From: Chlorokybus atmophyticus
Taxonomy: Eukaryota; Plantae; Mesostigma and Chlorokybus algae
Assembly: GCA_009103225.1 (NCBI GenBank)
Contig: RHPI01001442.1
Coordinates: 62,001 to 126,000 of the forward strand
DNA: 64,000 nucleotides
Direction of reading: 5' to 3'
Shown here: positions 57,001-64,000 of the stretch, in pieces
How the letters are laid out: each line of letters starts with the position of its first letter
Position numbering within the stretch: the first letter of the stretch is position 1
Position numbers and translations under genes: made by a program
The notes under the pieces: generated by a model
The model's input: only the letters and a program-made list of their open reading frames with translations
Told to the model about the DNA's origin: nothing
Databases searched by the model: none

Positions 57001-58051
57001 CGAGTGAAGTCACCAACAACATGACACAACCTAACACAAGGTTGCGTTGAGCGTCTCTCACCAGCTTGCGTGCAACAGTGTTGGGACTTGCGGCTGCCGC
57101 CGGGCACGTGCGCCCTTCTCCCCACTCAGCTGCACCGACACAACAACAACAACAACAATGTGAGAACTCCGACCTCACACACAACCGAACAATGTGCTGA
57201 CTCTCAAGAGAACCAACACTCTCGCTGTTCTCTCTCTCTCACACTCATTGCGGTCGTTAAGGTGTATACTCGCAGCCGCCCCCAACACCATCTCCCACTT
57301 CTGAGTCAATGGCACACCAGGCTGAGGCTGCGGCTGCTCCCTGCACACACAAGAACACATGTCCACCACCACCAACAACAACAACAACAACATGCTCCGT
57401 GTTCTTGCTTACATCTTATCATTCTCGCTCTGCTTCAAGTCGGGCGGCTCAGACTGGGCAGTCTCCACCACACCATCCTGTTGTTGTTGTTGCTGCTGAC
57501 TCCTCTCCTCACTCTCACTCTCCTTCTCCTTCTCCTTGTTGTTTGGAAAGCTACCCTCCTCCTCCTCGTCTTCATTGATAGCGTGCATGGCCATGTGTCC
57601 CACAGTCATGCTGACGTTGGCACTGGCCGCCCCGGACGTGCCCGCCGTGCTCGGATCAACCTCCCCGCCGTCGTCGCTGTCGTCCATCAGCAGTTTCTGC
57701 GAAGTGGGGAAGTAAGGTGTGCTATGGAATGGTGTATGTGCATGCATGTGTGCGTGTGGTCCCATGGATCCAAACGCACACACTTTCCAGCGTGAGTGTG
57801 TGTGTACGCGCTGGGACTTGCACCGACCCATTTATTCGGCAAGCCTGTGACTTGATTGTTCATCCCACTTCAAATTCAAGACTCTGAGAACAATCGCATG
57901 CACAAATGCTATGCGTGAGTCTCCACCTTTTTGCGCTTGCGCTCCAGCCGTTGCAGCTTGTGCTTGATCCTGGCCATCTCCCGCAGGATCATCTGGTTGC
58001 TGCTCGTCATCTTGAACACGGAGTCGCACTCTCTCAACCCCAAGAGTCGCT
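47046..58051 (-). CDS. Four-domain voltage-gated cation (Cav/Nav-superfamily) channel alpha subunit, roughly 35 or more exons; true start lies upstream of 58051
   Basis: Four S4 helices: IRIFRILRTLRAL, LRVFRILRILKVVR, LRVVRVFRPLRLIPR, LRVARVARLVRVV. Four P-loops: NFDNLLSAFLVIFQLVTLSGW, SFNNFGSAMLTVFQ|VFTGDNW, NFDNILRSIVSLFSMTTQENW, NFKNFGIAILTLFR|MSTGESW. S6 segments such as FVVLNLVTAV, LLFNMFIGIM, FIFLNMFIAVILESF. EF-hand-like WQEFDPKGTNFI and IQ-like RLQAVVRGFLARK. Stop at 47046. Confidence 0.95.
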
Positions 58052-58561
58052 ATACACAGGATTCAACACTCAACTCTGTGTACATTGCCGATATGCTGAT
58101 CACCCACGCCGCCGCCGCCGCTGTACACGTGGCACTCCGCCCCTGCTTCAACCCTAAAAAACTCAAAGCTAACTTCTGGGTCAGTTCTAACTCCACAGCT
58201 TACCGCGGCATCTAGTCAAATTGACTGAGTCATGAAGCCAGAAACCAAGAAAAGCCGCACATTCACCAGCCGTTAACCGTGACCTGTCGCCATTCCTCAG
58301 TCATCTTCGCCGTCAGGCGTCATCACGTGAGGCAACTGCCCCCCATCATCATCTACCTTACGAACCGGTTCCACAACCACCGAACTCTTCCGGCTCTGTT
58401 GATTCGAGTCAGAGTCCGCTCTTCTCCCGCGGATTAAGCATATCACATCTGGCCCTGTCGCTGTGCATGTCGTTGAGGTTGAGGTTCAGCGCGTAGGCGG
58501 CGGCGGAGGAAGAGGAAGAGGAAGAGGAAGAGGAGGTGGAGGAGGAAGGTGTGCGGTAGTT

Positions 58562-60710
<2,149 letters not shown>

Positions 60711-63079
60711 ACGGCCTGGTACTTAATCAATGTGGTCACAATGCAGACGGCAGCAGGACACCTGTTCGCCAGTGTGTTTGCGAGCATGAGGATGCGTGAC
60801 AACATCGCGAGGGACGAGAGTCAAAGTCATTGCGCAGATGGTGATGCATGCCGGTGGCTAACGCAGCAATCTGGCATGCTACCTGCTGCAGGTTAGGGAG
60901 AGAAGTGTTGGTAGGGTGCGTGCTTGTGTGTGTGCGAGCGTGTCTGTGTACTTATTGTGTCTGGTGTGCGACAGAGCCTTTGTGGATGTGGCAAAAGTGG
61001 TATAGTGCAAGCGCAGGCCGGCACTATGCATGCCATCGCACCACGGGGGAGTGCAGGTAAAGGCAACATATATCGGTGTGCGTGTCAAAGATGTATGTGT
61101 GCGCGTGCACGTGCATGTGCGCGTGTGTGTACGCTTGCCATATGGTTGTTTCTGGGGGTGTCGCAGGTGGGTTCCGTCATGATGGCGGCAGCATGTAGGG
61201 TATGTACAGAAGCAGTGCTTTACAAGCACGTGCGCGGCTGAAGTGAACTGTATATAAAATGTACCATAGATGGTACCAGGGTACTGCGCTTGCGGAGTGT
61301 TTGGGTTATTGGGCTGAAGTACAGGTGTACTAGGGGGAGTAGTGCAGATCTTTGGGTTGTGAAGTAACGCGCGCTCATCCGCTCTTTACACCTTGTGGTG
61401 TCACAAGCAACTTAACATAACACGCAGGTTCATGTTTGGCAGCATTCTGTGGAGGTTTGTTATGAGATTCGTGTTGAAACCAAGCACGTTGCAATACAAT
61501 TTTCGTGCAATGTCGTCTACATCGTCGAACATCATGCATTATTATCACTATGAGGTAAGGGCCTTTACCACTTACATCATGACTTGAACTTGTGATGTAA
61601 CGCGTATTAATATTTGTTTGCACTGGGAGGAGAGAAAACGTGTTCCGTAAAATATGTTGTGCATTACTTAAGTTGCAACTTGTGTAGTCATGGGCATGTG
61701 TGCATCTCAGTCATGAACTATATACATATATAATACATATGGTGAATTAATCATATAATTATATGTTGTTGTGCGACAAAGGCAAAACATTATTACAAAG
61801 GCGTTGACTCATTATAGGAATAATGTTATAGTGAATCTAGCTGCGGTATCAAATCTAAGAGCCATGTTAACAAAAATCTTCGCCACAACATTATGTCGCT
61901 TTGAAATCAAATCGATAGTATATGGTTAGCTTGCATATGGTGATATATAAACTTGCAAAGTTATGTATCAGCATATGCATATGCTGATACATAAGTTTGC
62001 AAGCTTATCAATCAGTATATGCATATTACACAATTGTGTATATACATTGTGCGTTGGCAACCATTTTGTCTTAAACAAACATTTTCTTAATTGTAGGGGA
62101 CACAATAATCACAAGCATGGTGTAATGCATCAATGTCAACCATATATGATAGACCTTTCGTGTGACAATCGTATTGCGTGTCATATGGCATGCATTACTT
62201 TAGTTTTCACATCTTGAGTGTTGGTTTGCAATAGCTGCAACATTGCAATCCTTGGGTTTCAGCGACTTGAGTGTTACGTTACAACATTTGCAATAATTCA
62301 TGGTCTAGAGCACGTGTGAATTTTTATATTACTCATGTATAATATCATACATTCTTGCAACAATTGTTGTAGAATAATACTGACAATTGTTGTAATATCT
62401 GTAATTAATAATCAATGATCAATTTAAATAGGCAATTTATAATCCGTCTCTACACAATCAATTAAGACTTCACATCATCACAAAAATAAAATGAGATTTG
62501 ATTGCATATATGTCATTTTATATGCTTAAAGTTTGACACAATACATGTTTGCATCCGCAACCATGCCATACATGTAATTAAGATCATTTTACGTAATTAA
62601 AAATTGCATATTATAAACGTATGATATCTTATAAATTTCATGACATGCAAAACACATAACTCATGAGTCTTTACTATACACAGTGGTAGTTAGGCTCGAT
62701 AATTTGCAATACTATTGCGTAGTCGAGGTGTTATAGTGATTATGAACTTTAACCATATGTGGTTATATTGTTATTGAATGTGGTCATAAGATTACTCATA
62801 TGAGTAGGATTAACAATCAACTTTACATAAGACCTAACATATTACACACCGAAGCATTCTTGCCTGCATGACAAGCTAGTACAAACATGCTAGTGAAAAA
62901 CCTCTGCAAAGAAGGGTCACCATTAACAAAAGTGCAAACACAAGTAGAAACCTTCCCAAGTACGCCGCAATCATATGACACTTTTAACGCACGCGTACGG
63001 ACAACCTCATGTTCTCCACACTGTACATGCCACATGCCAGTAGTTAGTCATTGCAGTGAACAGACCGTTAACCAAGCCA

Positions 63080-63960
63080 AGATCAACAGCCGAGATTTAT
63101 AAGTGAGAAAGTAGCAAAATGTCATTATCTGGTCATTATCGGGTCCAACACAATAATGGATCGCGCCAGCGTGGCGCTATGTGGAGTTTTTGTGTTCATT
63201 TTTCACTTAATTATGAAAAGTAAGAATCATCCATTTTCGCAAAGTCAGTATCCGCATTTTTTATCTGTCGCGCCACATGCATGTAGTGGACGGTCTTGTG
63301 GAAAGGCCTAATCAATGCTAACTTAACTTGTACAACTGCAGCAAAATTAACTCCTATAATGGTCGCAATTATTGCGCGATAAAATTTGGTCACATAAGTG
63401 TATCAGCCGAGCACACCAATAATGCTGTATTATACAATGCGCAAGGGCTAGGCGATCATGTTGTTATGTCAAAGAATTGATAAGAGTAAAGTCATTTTGT
63501 AGGGCCATCCAATGCAAAAACGTCAAGCACAAAGGCTCAAGTCGGCATGAATTGAACGAAAGCATGCAGTGATCAAAGGAGAAACGTGACATTTCTTTGA
63601 ATTTTATCGCATAACTTGTGGGTCACATGATGATAAGTAATATAAACAATGTGTGCATCTTGCTTGCCAGTTTTTGCAAAACGCCTCTATGGGGCTATCT
63701 GCAGACAGATCAACACACACTTAAACAATGCGGCTACTACAGAAGCTATAGCTACCGCCACAGCCGCTAATATCGGTAGCTACATCAATAACAACAAGCT
63801 ATTGCATGCTATTAGCGGTAAACTGATTCTATTTTTGTCACCCTATTTCTTGCGCCTTGTAATGAAATATATGACGAAACGGCTGCGGTCATGCTCGGGA
63901 AACAAAGACGCTAATAAACCTATTGCGCTAAAGGATTCTCAAAAACATATCTCCACCATT
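63080..63960 (+). mobile_element. Possible decayed Crypton-type (tyrosine recombinase / NDC10-II-like) transposon remnant
   Basis: Stop-interrupted frames read MDRASVALCGVFVFIFH...HPF (63156 onward) and YTMRKG*AIMLLCQRIDKSKVIL*GH (63431 onward). These resemble Crypton RH..V.LC.VG.LAFY.F..FH and the YR H.xR..G.....G.D.S.I...G box. AT-rich context. Recognition by eye only. Confidence 0.3.
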
Positions 63961-64000
63961 TCATTGCATAGACAATGACATCATATAAAGTGGTGTAGGC

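Overview
Eukaryotic, intron-rich nuclear DNA (GT-AG introns, compact gene spacing). Most likely a green alga, probably an early-diverging streptophyte. That is an inference from plastid-type genes (FabG, ESV1/LESV, PPR-SMR) occurring alongside a four-domain voltage-gated channel of a type absent from angiosperms. Genes reconstructed by eye across introns, left to right: plastid FabG (-); TRIC/TMEM38-like cation channel (+); purple acid phosphatase with a C-terminal membrane anchor (-); HAD-family 5'(3')-deoxyribonucleotidase-like protein (-); an unresolved 17.5-23.3 kb stretch; Trp-rich ESV1/LESV-family starch protein (-); R3H/RRM (R3HCC1-like) protein (+); large Pmp-repeat/Cys-rich/multi-TM surface protein (+); PPR-SMR protein (-); a four-domain voltage-gated cation channel of roughly 35 or more exons (-); and a hypothetical membrane protein (+) interrupted by a 487-nt poly-C run next to an N (probable assembly artefact). 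AT-rich non-coding islands lie at about 13.7-17.5, 30-31.5 and 61.2-64 kb; the last holds a possible decayed Crypton element. Most notable: the channel's non-canonical S-D-E-E selectivity filter, an animal-type TRIC homologue, an ESV1/LESV-intermediate protein with a repeat insertion, and channel introns made almost entirely of alternating purine-pyrimidine repeats. No databases or tools were run. Family calls come from recognised motifs, and several gene starts are approximate.
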